Positions 48,773-58,093 of a DNA stretch of 64,000 nt are shown here, in pieces (position 1 is the stretch's first letter; each line of letters opens with the position of its first letter). A model generated the notes under the pieces. That model had not been told where the DNA came from, searched no databases, and saw nothing but the letters and a program-made list of their open reading frames with translations. Source of the stretch: Ruminiclostridium sp. (GTDB lineage Bacteria; Bacillota; Clostridia; Oscillospirales; Ruminococcaceae); NCBI GenBank assembly GCA_017395555.1, contig JAFPUE010000074.1, positions 10,005-74,004 on the forward strand, given 5' to 3'. Made by a program: the position numbers and the translations under genes.

Positions 48773-50087
48773 CTAAATTCTCTCCTATCGGAACATTCAT
48801 CTTCTGATCCACCTCGCCGCCGATACGCAGGTTCATTCCCCAGAACAGCCCCCACATCAGCGGGCTTGTGCGTCCGAGGGAGGCGAATCCGCGGCGCATG
48901 ACGGTCCCCGCGGACGAGTACTCCTTGCGGGCATTCCTGCAAACGCTGCTCAGGCGTTCGGGGGAAATACGCTTCGGCACGAACGCGAGCTCGCCGTAAT
49001 TGTAGCCGTCCGCGAGCCACCATTTGTCATACAGCAGCCTGTTTTCGGCTTTGAGCCTGTCGTACAGCCGTGTATTCGGGAACGGCAGCAGGTGATTGAA
49101 CGCGGCGGTGTAGAAGTTATGCTTTTTGGAAAATTCAAGCGCACTCTCTACGGTCCCCTCATCGTCGTTGTCGTAGCCGAAAACGAAAGTCGCGTAAATG
49201 CCGATACCCGCGTCGTGAACGCGCTTCACAAGCTCGTCACGCTCGCCGAGCGCGTAGTTGAACGACTTGTTCATTTGCCTGAGATTGTCCTTGTCAAGGC
49301 TCTCGAAGCCGATCAGTATCAACTCGCACCCGCTCTGTTTCATAGCTTTGAGCAGCGCCTCGTCCTTCGCCATGGACAGCGTTCCCTGACCCGCCCATTT
49401 GATGCCGAGCGGGGTTATCTTCTCGAATAAGCTCATCGCGTTTTTCCTGTCCGCGACGAGGTTGTCGTCAACAAGGAAGAAATACTTGTGCGGCGAAGCC
49501 TTGATATCGTCGATGATAAATTCGTGCGAACGCGCGTGGTAATGCGCATCGTAGAACCGGGAAATCGAGCAGAACTCGCAGGAGTGGCAGCACCCGCGTC
49601 CGGTCTCCACCAGCGACACCGGCAGGTATTTCTTGCCCGTGAAAATGCTCTTGTCCGGGTGTGTGCCGTACGCGCCGACACCGCCGATGTAGCGCTTTTG
49701 CAGTCTGCCTTCCTTCGCGTCGGCTATCATCTGCTGCCACACCGTCTCCGCGTTCCCGACGATAACGCTGTCGCAGTGCAGCTCGGCTTCCTCGGGGCAG
49801 ATAGTCGCGTGGTACCCGCCCATTATCACGGGTATCCCGCGCTCTCTGAAACGCTCTGCAATGCGGTAGCTTCGCTTTGCGGTATATGTCTCCACCGTGA
49901 TGCACACGAGATCGGTGACGGTATCGTAGTTCGGCAGCTCGATGCGGTCATCGTAAAGCTCGGTCTCTATATCCGGCGGCGTGAGCGCTTTCAGCACCGC
50001 GACGGTAAGCGGCTCCATTTTCCATGTGCCGATATATTTCTTTCCCGGCTTCTTCCCGATAGCAGGGAGGATAAAGGTGATCTTCAT
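48756..50087 (-). CDS. Cobalamin-binding domain radical SAM enzyme (RS5, type B)
   Basis: B12-binding region (DLVCITVET, MGGYHAT), RGCCHSCEFC, VDDN, SGC..ILIGFES, PFPNTRLY; MKITFI start in an ATGA overlap. Confidence 0.92.
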   Translation of the reverse strand: MKITFILPAIGKKPGKKYIGTWKMEPLTVAVLKALTPPDIETELYDDRIELPNYDTVTDLVCITVETYTAKRSYRIAERFRERGIPVIMGGYHATICPEEAELHCDSVIVGNAETVWQQMIADAKEGRLQKRYIGGVGAYGTHPDKSIFTGKKYLPVSLVETGRGCCHSCEFCSISRFYDAHYHARSHEFIIDDIKASPHKYFFLVDDNLVADRKNAMSLFEKITPLGIKWAGQGTLSMAKDEALLKAMKQSGCELILIGFESLDKDNLRQMNKSFNYALGERDELVKRVHDAGIGIYATFVFGYDNDDEGTVESALEFSKKHNFYTAAFNHLLPFPNTRLYDRLKAENRLLYDKWWLADGYNYGELAFVPKRISPERLSSVCRNARKEYSSAGTVMRRGFASLGRTSPLMWGLFWGMNLRIGGEVDQKMNVPIGENLDELPK

Positions 50088-51433
50088 AGTGATTCTCTTT
50101 CTTGATCGGAAGGAATGTCCGAGTTGTCGCACATGACGGAGCGCGTGAATTTGTGCCATTTGTCCGCGTAGCCCTTGTAGCCGAGATTGAGCGGTATCGA
50201 GAGCCACGGGCTGTGGCGCATGGGCGCAAGGCGTTTGAGAATGCTGCCCGTGGTGTAGGTCATTCTCCACGCGCGGTCTGTGCCTTCTTCGAGCTGCTCC
50301 TTCGTCATGTTCTTCGGCTTGAAGACGCAGTGCTGCACATCGTACATCGCCCAGTTGCGCTCGGTAATGCGTCCCTCGCGGTCAAGCTGCGCGTACAGCT
50401 CCGTGCGCGGGAACGGCGTAAGTATGGAGTAGCGTGGCAGGTCAATTTTCGCCTTTATGACGGTCTCGACGGTGCGCTCGAAAACGCTCTCGTCCTCCTC
50501 GTCGCCGCCGAACGCGAAGCAGCCCTGCACAAGTATGCCGTTGTCGTGCAGGCGCTTCATAAGGTCAATGTAGCCCTCAACCTTGTTCACGCCCTTGTGG
50601 ATGTATTTCTGCGACTCCTGCGTTACCGACTCGAAGCCGATCAGCAGCCCCTTGCAGCCGCTTTTTCTGAATACGGTGATGATCTCGTCGTCAATGCCGA
50701 CGGAGGACGTGACCAGCCCCACCCACATCATTTTCAGCGGTATCATCGCCCCGAAAAGCTCCAGCGCGTAGGCTCTGTCGGTGATGAGGTTCACGTCCGG
50801 GAACAGCACGGTCTTTGAGTGCAGCGCTTCTATCTCGGCGATGACTTCCTTTACCGGGCGCTTATAGACCGGCTTTCCGAACGCCGCCGGGTATGCGCAG
50901 AATGTGCAGGTGTGGCAGCACCCGCGTATCGCCTCGACGGTGTTTATGGTTATGTAGCGCTTTTTGTTCAGCAGCTCACGCCGCGGGAACGGTCTGCCCT
51001 CTATGGAAAAATCGCAGTTCTGCGCGTACAGCTTCTTGTGCTCGCCTTTCATAAAGTCGCGTATGAACTGCGGGAAGGTCTGTTCGGAAAAGCCCGTGAA
51101 AACAACGTCCGCGTGCTGTGCCGCCTCCTGCGGCAGCATAGACGGGTGAACGCCGCCGATAAATACGGTTATCCCTCTGCGCCGGTAGTAGTCGGCATAG
51201 GCATAGCAGCGCGGCGCGGTGCCGGTTATGCAGGTTATGCCGATAAGATCGGCTTCGATATCCAGCGGTATCTTTCCCGCCGTCTCGTCGTATATCACGA
51301 CTTCGGCGTTTGCTTCCTCTGGTACGAGCGCGGCAAGCGTCGTGAGCGTCAGCGGCGCGTAATGCAGCGATTTGCCGAAGCTGCCCGAATATCTGTGCAT
51401 AGCGCCCGCCGGTGCGAGCAGCGCTATCTTCAT
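50084..51433 (-). CDS. Cobalamin-binding domain radical SAM enzyme (RS4, type A)
   Basis: DLIGIT, IGGVHPS, RGCCHTCTFC, SGCKGLLIGFES, LTPFPRTELY; MKIALL start after AGGAAG. Confidence 0.92.
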   Translation of the reverse strand: MKIALLAPAGAMHRYSGSFGKSLHYAPLTLTTLAALVPEEANAEVVIYDETAGKIPLDIEADLIGITCITGTAPRCYAYADYYRRRGITVFIGGVHPSMLPQEAAQHADVVFTGFSEQTFPQFIRDFMKGEHKKLYAQNCDFSIEGRPFPRRELLNKKRYITINTVEAIRGCCHTCTFCAYPAAFGKPVYKRPVKEVIAEIEALHSKTVLFPDVNLITDRAYALELFGAMIPLKMMWVGLVTSSVGIDDEIITVFRKSGCKGLLIGFESVTQESQKYIHKGVNKVEGYIDLMKRLHDNGILVQGCFAFGGDEEDESVFERTVETVIKAKIDLPRYSILTPFPRTELYAQLDREGRITERNWAMYDVQHCVFKPKNMTKEQLEEGTDRAWRMTYTTGSILKRLAPMRHSPWLSIPLNLGYKGYADKWHKFTRSVMCDNSDIPSDQERESL

Positions 51434-51437
51434 AGCT

Positions 51438-52943
51438 TCACTTCCTGTCAAAATATATGTCCCACCCGCTTTTCCTGCTGAGAAAGGCGGGTTTGATGTC
51501 GCCGAGCCGCATACCGTCGTCGGTCAGCCGGCGCAGATATGCTTCCTTTGCGTTACCGGTCACTTTAACCGCTCGCGCGTGTGTGAGCTGTCCGAGCTCG
51601 CGGCAGTAGTTATAGTGGTAGCTTTCGCGGAGCGCCCTGTCGAGCACGTCGTCCGGAATGTCCGCTTCGGTGTAGAGCACATAGCCCTTGTTCTCCGGCG
51701 CGAGCAGGCAGAATTTGTCTGCGATGCCGAGCTTTACGCACACGCCGCGCACAAACTCGTCGGTGAGCTTTTCGCCGCACAGATCGCTCGTGATCCCGCT
51801 CCTGCGCAGAAATCTTATCCGCGGCGCTGCGTCCGGATATGTTTCGATAACTTCGATAACGTCGCCCGTCATATAGCGGTACAGCCCGCCGCCCGTGGTC
51901 ACGATAAGCTCGTATTCGCCCGTGCGCAGCCCGTCCGCGGTGCAGATCCCGCCGTCCCGCATAAACTCGAAGAAGTGCGATGTGACGCAGAGCCGCCCGC
52001 CTTCCTCTCCGACAAGCGGGAATGACGCGAAATATTCCGTCGCGAGCAGACCCTTCGGCTGCATATATACCGACGGGAACAGCTTTCGCAGCGCCTGTGC
52101 GTCCTCCGCGGCGCTCCCGTCCGCCCAGCAGCTTATTATCCGCAGATCGGGGAAGACCCTGTCGAACCTGTCCTCGCACAGCGCCTTGTATATTCCGTCT
52201 GCGCGCTTTTCCGGCAGGCTTTTGCGAATGTTGTCAAATCCGCGTTTTATATGCTCACACAGTATGGTCAGGAACGTCGGGTTCCATACCGATATCAGCG
52301 TCAGACTGCCGCAGTTAAGGAGCTGCCTTGCCGTTTCGAGCCAGAACGCCTCTGTGCTTTCGGAGAATTTCACGCTGCCGTCAACGGCGAATATCCTGTC
52401 CATGAGCGCTTGCGTGAACCGTCCGAAGTACGCCGCGTCCTCCTCGAAGCCGACGGGTATCCCGGCTTTCGTGTAGGTCTTTCCCGCAGTCACCGGCGTT
52501 ATTGACCAATAGCTTTTGCCGGACATCACCCCGGGAACGTTCGTGTATATGTCGTACAGCCACGGCTTTATGCCGCGCTGAAACTCCGCTTTCAGGGACG
52601 CGGTGTAGGGTATCAGCTTTTTCCCGCCGGACGAGCCGCTTGTCGGCTCGAACAGCAGAACCTTTTCCGCCGTCAGCACATTTTCCGCACCCTCCGCGAT
52701 ATCGTTTATGTACGGCTCGTAATCCTCATATTTCGTCAGCGGCACCTTCGCGGCAAAGCGCTCATAGCAGCCGATATCCGCAAAGCCGTATTTCCTGCCG
52801 TACCGTGTTCCGGCATTTTTCCGGAGCAGGGAAAGCAGGTATTCGCGCTGTGCCTTTCCGATATCGTGTACCGCCCGGAACCGTCTGTGCTCGCCGCCGT
52901 ACATGAGCCTGCACGCGCCGTTTACAAGTCCGCAGATGTTCAT
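51438..52943 (-). CDS. GH3 (auxin-responsive-like) family acyl-acid amido synthetase / adenylating enzyme
   Basis: QREYLLSLLRKNAGTRYG, VPLTKYEDYEPYI, PTSGSSGGKKLIP, LATE, HFFEF, YELIVTTGGGLYRYMTGD, GEKL. Confidence 0.87.
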   Translation of the reverse strand: MNICGLVNGACRLMYGGEHRRFRAVHDIGKAQREYLLSLLRKNAGTRYGRKYGFADIGCYERFAAKVPLTKYEDYEPYINDIAEGAENVLTAEKVLLFEPTSGSSGGKKLIPYTASLKAEFQRGIKPWLYDIYTNVPGVMSGKSYWSITPVTAGKTYTKAGIPVGFEEDAAYFGRFTQALMDRIFAVDGSVKFSESTEAFWLETARQLLNCGSLTLISVWNPTFLTILCEHIKRGFDNIRKSLPEKRADGIYKALCEDRFDRVFPDLRIISCWADGSAAEDAQALRKLFPSVYMQPKGLLATEYFASFPLVGEEGGRLCVTSHFFEFMRDGGICTADGLRTGEYELIVTTGGGLYRYMTGDVIEVIETYPDAAPRIRFLRRSGITSDLCGEKLTDEFVRGVCVKLGIADKFCLLAPENKGYVLYTEADIPDDVLDRALRESYHYNYCRELGQLTHARAVKVTGNAKEAYLRRLTDDGMRLGDIKPAFLSRKSGWDIYFDRK

Positions 52944-53635
52944 TTGAACAGCAGCTCCGGTGCGTGCTTGCGAAGCAGGGTGCGGTCTATTTTGGCGAGA
53001 CAGGCGAGATCGTTGCCCTGTGCGTGACCGGGATTGGCGGAGCTGAAAAACGCAACGTCCTTATTTTTCAGCCGGTGCTCGTCGATATCCGCAACACCGG
53101 GCTTCAGCCTGTCCTTTGTGTGCCTGTATTCTATCACGCCGCTCTGCGGGTCATACTCGCCGGGATAGAGCGCCGAGGCGTAAGCGTCGATGATCTTCTT
53201 CTCGTATTCCGGCACAGCCCCCTTGTACGACGGGTAAAATTCCCGCCAGAACAGCGGCAGTATGCGGTATGTCTTATATCCCTTGCAGATAAGGAACCAG
53301 TAAAATTCATCATACTTTTCGGCGAACGGAAACCAGAACTGCGCCCAGACGCGGAAAAGCTCGGTGTCGCCCCAGTAGTCCTTATGTATGATCGTATCGC
53401 CGGAGAACATACCGTGAACTTCTTTCCCGTCCACGTTCACGGACATGACCTTCTGCGTCGTGAAGCCGACGATACGCCCGCCGTCATCGTGCAGTATTAT
53501 GCAGTAGTCCTTCGCGAAGAAGTCGCGCTCGAACACCGCTCTGTCCATATTTTCGTAGAACTCGTCCATAAGCGCGAACATTGCGTCTATATCCTGCGCG
53601 GAGACCTCGCTTATTTGTTTTACAGTTCCTTTCAT
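52940..53635 (-). CDS. Conserved hypothetical protein, probable GNAT/acyl-synthase fold
   Basis: IVGFTT, FSGDTIIHKDYWG (motif A-like), YWFLICKGYKTYR, NPGH..G.DLAC; ATGA-coupled to GH3; GAGG RBS. Confidence 0.65.
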   Translation of the reverse strand: MKGTVKQISEVSAQDIDAMFALMDEFYENMDRAVFERDFFAKDYCIILHDDGGRIVGFTTQKVMSVNVDGKEVHGMFSGDTIIHKDYWGDTELFRVWAQFWFPFAEKYDEFYWFLICKGYKTYRILPLFWREFYPSYKGAVPEYEKKIIDAYASALYPGEYDPQSGVIEYRHTKDRLKPGVADIDEHRLKNKDVAFFSSANPGHAQGNDLACLAKIDRTLLRKHAPELLFK

Positions 53636-53656
53636 GCTTCCTCATTCCTTATTGCC

Positions 53657-54112
53657 TTAACTTTCCAGAACGAATCTGGCAACTCTGACATTTCCGTCCG
53701 TTTCATATGACCGGATACCGAATCCGCATTTTTTCGTGTAGAATAATACATTTTCGGTTTTATCAGCCGGAGTAACCAATGTAAAGCTGCTCCAACCGGT
53801 GTAATATGACTTGACAAAATCAATTGCGGACGATCCGATGCCTTTTCTCTGAAACTCCGGGATAACACATAAGCAGCCGATCTCATATACTCCCTGCCGC
53901 AGTTCTTTGCATGAGATACACCCAACCGGTCTTTCATCGCACAGAATTATGAATTTTGGGTAATCAACGATCGACTGCCTCATCATTTCCGTGGTCTTTC
54001 CGTAAGCGGGGCATCCGCCGTATCTTATATGATCGTCATAGAACGAAGAATTGTAAATATCTATCAGCAATTCCGAATCTGTTGATTCGGCTTTTCTGAA
54101 TTCTGTCTTCAT
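53657..54112 (-). CDS. GNAT family N-acetyltransferase (lower GC than neighbours)
   Basis: LCVIPEFQRKGIGS, N..FYTKKCGF; GGGAG RBS. Confidence 0.85.
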   Translation of the reverse strand: MKTEFRKAESTDSELLIDIYNSSFYDDHIRYGGCPAYGKTTEMMRQSIVDYPKFIILCDERPVGCISCKELRQGVYEIGCLCVIPEFQRKGIGSSAIDFVKSYYTGWSSFTLVTPADKTENVLFYTKKCGFGIRSYETDGNVRVARFVLES

Positions 54113-54125
54113 AGATAATAACTCC

Positions 54126-55463
54126 CTAATTCTCCAGTCCGAACCGCAGTCCCTGCTTTTTGAAGACTTCCTTGCGGAACAGCGGGTTGTAGATGAGATA
54201 TGTCATAAATCTGTACGGCGTGCGCATATTCGTGTGCGGCTCAAATGCCCGCGTGAAGATCGAGCCCGCGCTGTTGAAGCGGCGTCGGCAGTCGAAAGAG
54301 ATCTCGGTGAGCTCGTCCGGTGTCATATTCTTCGGGACGATGCTCGCGTAGTTGAAGCGGTACTGCTCGTGCAGCCACCACTTCCCGCCGTACAGCAGCC
54401 TGCCCTCGCGCTCCAGCCGCTCGTAAAGCGGGGTATTGGGGTAGGGCATAAGTATGTTGAACGCCGCGAAGGTGAACTTGCTCCGTATCGCGAAATCGCA
54501 GGTAGCGCGTATAGATTCGATAGTATCGCCGTCGTGTCCCACCGTGAATGCCGCCCATGTCTGGAGCCCCCACCTGCGCAGCTCCGCGATCTCGTGCGCG
54601 TACATATCCCCGGACGCTTTTCTGTTCGTGTATTTGTGCATCTCGTTTATGCACTGCGGGGAGATGCTCTCGAAGCCGATGACCAGCCCGAGACAGCCGC
54701 TTTTCACCATGAGCCGCATAAGCTCCTCGTCCGCGAGCATATCCATGCTCCCCTGACTGACCCAGCGCACTTTGAGCGGTATCAGCGCCCGGAAAAGCTC
54801 CTTCGCCTTCTCGTGCTCGCAGACGATGTTGTCGTCCACAAAGAACAGCAGCTTTCGCTTCTGCGACTTTATCTCGTTCACGACGTCCTGTACCGGGCGG
54901 CAGAAATGCTTCGCCCCGAAATACACAGACGACGCGCAGAAGCTGCACCTGTGGCTGCACCCGCGGGAGAACTGCAGCAGCGTTATCGGCAGATAGCCCT
55001 TGCCCTCGAAAATGTCACGCCGCGCTATTATGCCGGTCTGCGGACATTCGGGCTGAACCGCGTTGTAGCGTTTTTGCAGCCTGCCCGCGCGGAAATCCTC
55101 ACACATCTGCGCCCACACCGGCTCCGCGTCGCCGACGATCACGCTGTCGCAGTGCTCCGCCACCTCGTCCGGTATCAGCATGGCGTGCATTCCGCCCATA
55201 ACCACGGTCACGCCGCGCTTTCTGTACTCCGCGCTTATCTCGTAGGCGCGCCTTGCCGTGAACGTCTCAACCGTTATCCCGACGATGTCCGTCGGCTCTT
55301 CATACGGTATCGGCTCCATGCGGTCATCGTACAGAGTGACGGCGATATCCGGCGGTGTCAGCGCTGCAAGAATACCGAGCGGCAGCGGCTCCATACGCCC
55401 CTCGTCAACGTAAAGGCTGTGCTCTCTGCGTCCGATATTAGGTTTTATCAGTGTCAGCTTCAC
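54126..55463 (-). CDS. Cobalamin-binding domain radical SAM enzyme (RS3, type B)
   Basis: GTG start after GGAGGGG; DIVGITVET, MGGMHAM, RGCSHRCSFC, FFVDDN, SGCLGLVIGFES, PYPNTPLY. Confidence 0.92.
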   Translation of the reverse strand: MKLTLIKPNIGRREHSLYVDEGRMEPLPLGILAALTPPDIAVTLYDDRMEPIPYEEPTDIVGITVETFTARRAYEISAEYRKRGVTVVMGGMHAMLIPDEVAEHCDSVIVGDAEPVWAQMCEDFRAGRLQKRYNAVQPECPQTGIIARRDIFEGKGYLPITLLQFSRGCSHRCSFCASSVYFGAKHFCRPVQDVVNEIKSQKRKLLFFVDDNIVCEHEKAKELFRALIPLKVRWVSQGSMDMLADEELMRLMVKSGCLGLVIGFESISPQCINEMHKYTNRKASGDMYAHEIAELRRWGLQTWAAFTVGHDGDTIESIRATCDFAIRSKFTFAAFNILMPYPNTPLYERLEREGRLLYGGKWWLHEQYRFNYASIVPKNMTPDELTEISFDCRRRFNSAGSIFTRAFEPHTNMRTPYRFMTYLIYNPLFRKEVFKKQGLRFGLEN

Positions 55464-56760
55464 CGAGCACCCCTCCAAGAATCTGTCCCTGCTTGCTTTT
55501 TATCTCTCTGCGGGAAATAATGTTCGCCGCCACGAACACGAAAAAATTTACCGGCAGGAAGTTGTACGCGTTCCCGAAAAGCCGCTTTATAACGCAGCCG
55601 CGGGAATAAAACCTCGTGCGTATGTCAAGGCAGCCGTCCCGCAGCTCCTCCGGTGTCATATTCTTCGGCACGAACGCCGTTTCGCCGTACCGGTAGTTGT
55701 CCGACAGCCACCATTTTTTGTATCGCAGTCTGCCCTCCCGCTCCATTTTCTCATACACCTTCGTGCCGGGCATCGGTATGAGCGGGTTGAAGTTCGTGAC
55801 CGCGATGCCGTTTCTTACCGCGAAATCAAGCGTTTTTTCAAACACGTCCGGCTTGTCGCCGTCGCAGCCGAGCACGAATGTCCCGTATATCATCAGCCCG
55901 TGCCGGCGGATATTTCGTATCACGGTCTCGTAATCCGCCGCCGCGTTTGCCGCCTTGTGCATTTCCGAAAGGCTTTCCGCGTTCAGGCTCTCAAAGCCCA
56001 TGAGCACAAGAATACACCCGGACTTTTTCATAAGCGTGAGCAGCTCGTCGTCCCTCGCCGCGTCCATGCTTATCTGACACGCCCACTTTTTGCGCAGCGG
56101 TATCAGCGCCGTGAAGAGCTCGACGGCGGAAGCGCGGTCATAGAAGATGTTGTCGTCCGCGAAGAAAATTATCCTCTCCCTCGCGGCTTTAAGTTCGCGG
56201 ACAGTCATATCGACGGGTTTTCTGCGCACGCACCGGTACATCGTCTTTATCGAGCAGAACGCGCAGTCGAATTTGCAGCCCCGCGAGAGCTGGTACACGC
56301 CTATGCCGTGGTAGCGGTGACTGTACGTTTTCCCGTCGTCATGCAGCTCCGTGAGCGGTGCGGTCTCGCCGGATATGTATGTGCGCTCCGGGCAGCCCTT
56401 TTCGCAGTCCGCGAGGAACCGCTCCCACACGCCCTCAGCGTCGCCTATCAGCACTGTATCTGCGTATTTCAGCATTTCGTCCGCCATAACGCTCGCGTGG
56501 AATCCGCCCATAACTATCGTGTTTTTCCCGGTCCTGTATTTTTTCGCGAGGATATACGCGCGCTTGGCGGTGAACGTCTCGACGGAAAAAGCGATGATGT
56601 CCGCGTCGATCCGCTCGGGCAGCCTGTCGGTGCGCTCGTCGAAAAACTCAATGCCGAACCGTTCCGGCGTAAGGCTTTTTATTATGCCGAAAAATATCGG
56701 CTTCATAGCGTCCGAGCTTATATGCTCGAACATATTCAGTCTTATTACAGCGATCTTCAT
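55438..56760 (-). CDS. Cobalamin-binding domain radical SAM enzyme (RS2, type B)
   Basis: DIIAFSVET, MGGFHAS, RGCKFDCAFC, FFADDN, SGCILVLMGFES, PMPGTKVY. Confidence 0.92.
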   Translation of the reverse strand: MKIAVIRLNMFEHISSDAMKPIFFGIIKSLTPERFGIEFFDERTDRLPERIDADIIAFSVETFTAKRAYILAKKYRTGKNTIVMGGFHASVMADEMLKYADTVLIGDAEGVWERFLADCEKGCPERTYISGETAPLTELHDDGKTYSHRYHGIGVYQLSRGCKFDCAFCSIKTMYRCVRRKPVDMTVRELKAARERIIFFADDNIFYDRASAVELFTALIPLRKKWACQISMDAARDDELLTLMKKSGCILVLMGFESLNAESLSEMHKAANAAADYETVIRNIRRHGLMIYGTFVLGCDGDKPDVFEKTLDFAVRNGIAVTNFNPLIPMPGTKVYEKMEREGRLRYKKWWLSDNYRYGETAFVPKNMTPEELRDGCLDIRTRFYSRGCVIKRLFGNAYNFLPVNFFVFVAANIISRREIKSKQGQILGGVLGEADTDKT

Positions 56761-56763
56761 TGA

Positions 56764-58062
56764 TTATTTTGCCTTTTTCCCGTTTCCGAGAAATTTGAAG
56801 CCTATGTTCGCGCCGAGCAGAATGAACACATACCACCTGTGCCGCCACGGGGAAACCCGCATTCTGCGGAATATCCGCCGCCATGTGAACGCCCGCCGCC
56901 ATACGTCGCGGTGGATCTCGTCAAGCCGTTCGGCGGTCATATTCGCCGGCGCGAACACCGCGGTCTTCTGGTTGTAGCGGTCCCACTGCCGCGAGATTAT
57001 CCTTCCCGCGCTGTCAAGCTCGCGGTAGAGCCTTGTGCCGGGGTAGGGGGTCAGCACCGCGAAACGGCAGCAGTCGAGCCCGAGCGCGTCCACACGTTCC
57101 GGGAGCGCAAGAAGCTCCTCCTCGGTGTCGCTGTCGAAGCCGAGCACGAAGCAGCCGTTCACCGCCATTCCGTGCGAGTGGATATTGTCGATGATCTCCT
57201 TGTATTTGTCCGACTGCCGGAAGCGCTTGTCCGCGTCGTTCAGCGACGATGTGTTCATGGATTCGAGCCCGATCAGCACGCCCCTGCACCCGCTCTCATA
57301 CGCCGCCGCCATAAGCTCGTGATCGTAGCCGAAATCCGCGGTAGCGTTGCACGCCCACAGCTTTTTCAGCGGCTTCATCGCCTCCATCAGCTTCATCGCG
57401 TACTCGCGCTTCCCGAAGAAGTTCGGGTCATAGAATATCACATTCCGGCTCTTTATCCCGCGCAGCTCCTCGATCACGCCCTCGACGGGTCTCGGGTCAC
57501 TCCGCCACATCGTGCGCATGGAGCAGTATTTGCAGTTGTTGAAGCAGCCGCGGTCTGCTATCACGGCAGGAATGCCGAGGGTGTGCTTTTTGGTGGTGAT
57601 CTCGCGGGCGGGTATCGGGTGATCCGCCATGCAGACGTTATAGTCGCGGTAAAACTGCTTCGGGCAGCCGTTCGCGAAATCGCGCAAAAATGCCGGGACG
57701 GAGTTCTCCGCGGGACCGGCGATAACGGTGTCCGCGTGTGTCAGCGCTTCCTCGCGCATAGCTGTCGGGTGATATCCGCCCACCGCGACGTAAGAGCCGC
57801 GCTTCCTGAATTCGTCGCAGTGCTTGTAGCCGGTGAGCGCGGACGACGTCTCGAACGAGATCATCACCAGGTCATAGTGTACGCTGTCGTAATTGACGCG
57901 CTGTGAGTTCTCGTCCACGGTATCAATCCGCTCGTACAGTCCCTCCGGCACGAGCGAATACAGCACCGCGAGTGTCATGGACGGGTAAGAAAGCATACCT
58001 GAAAAATGTCCCCGGTATGCCTTTTCCTTTTCGTTCCATGCGTGTATCATAAGAATTTTCAT
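56764..58062 (-). CDS. Cobalamin-binding domain radical SAM enzyme (RS1, type A)
   Basis: MKILMI start after AGGGG; DLVMISFET, VGGYHPT, RGCFNNCKYC, SGCRGVLIGLES, LTPYPGTRLY. Confidence 0.92.
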   Translation of the reverse strand: MKILMIHAWNEKEKAYRGHFSGMLSYPSMTLAVLYSLVPEGLYERIDTVDENSQRVNYDSVHYDLVMISFETSSALTGYKHCDEFRKRGSYVAVGGYHPTAMREEALTHADTVIAGPAENSVPAFLRDFANGCPKQFYRDYNVCMADHPIPAREITTKKHTLGIPAVIADRGCFNNCKYCSMRTMWRSDPRPVEGVIEELRGIKSRNVIFYDPNFFGKREYAMKLMEAMKPLKKLWACNATADFGYDHELMAAAYESGCRGVLIGLESMNTSSLNDADKRFRQSDKYKEIIDNIHSHGMAVNGCFVLGFDSDTEEELLALPERVDALGLDCCRFAVLTPYPGTRLYRELDSAGRIISRQWDRYNQKTAVFAPANMTAERLDEIHRDVWRRAFTWRRIFRRMRVSPWRHRWYVFILLGANIGFKFLGNGKKAK

Positions 58063-58093
58063 AGTAATATCCCCTGACAGTTCTGTACTTTCT

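Noticed and set aside
48756-50270. 504-aa version of RS5
   Set aside because: The extra 61 codons overlap RS4. The ATGA-coupled start at 50087 matches the N-termini of the paralogues.
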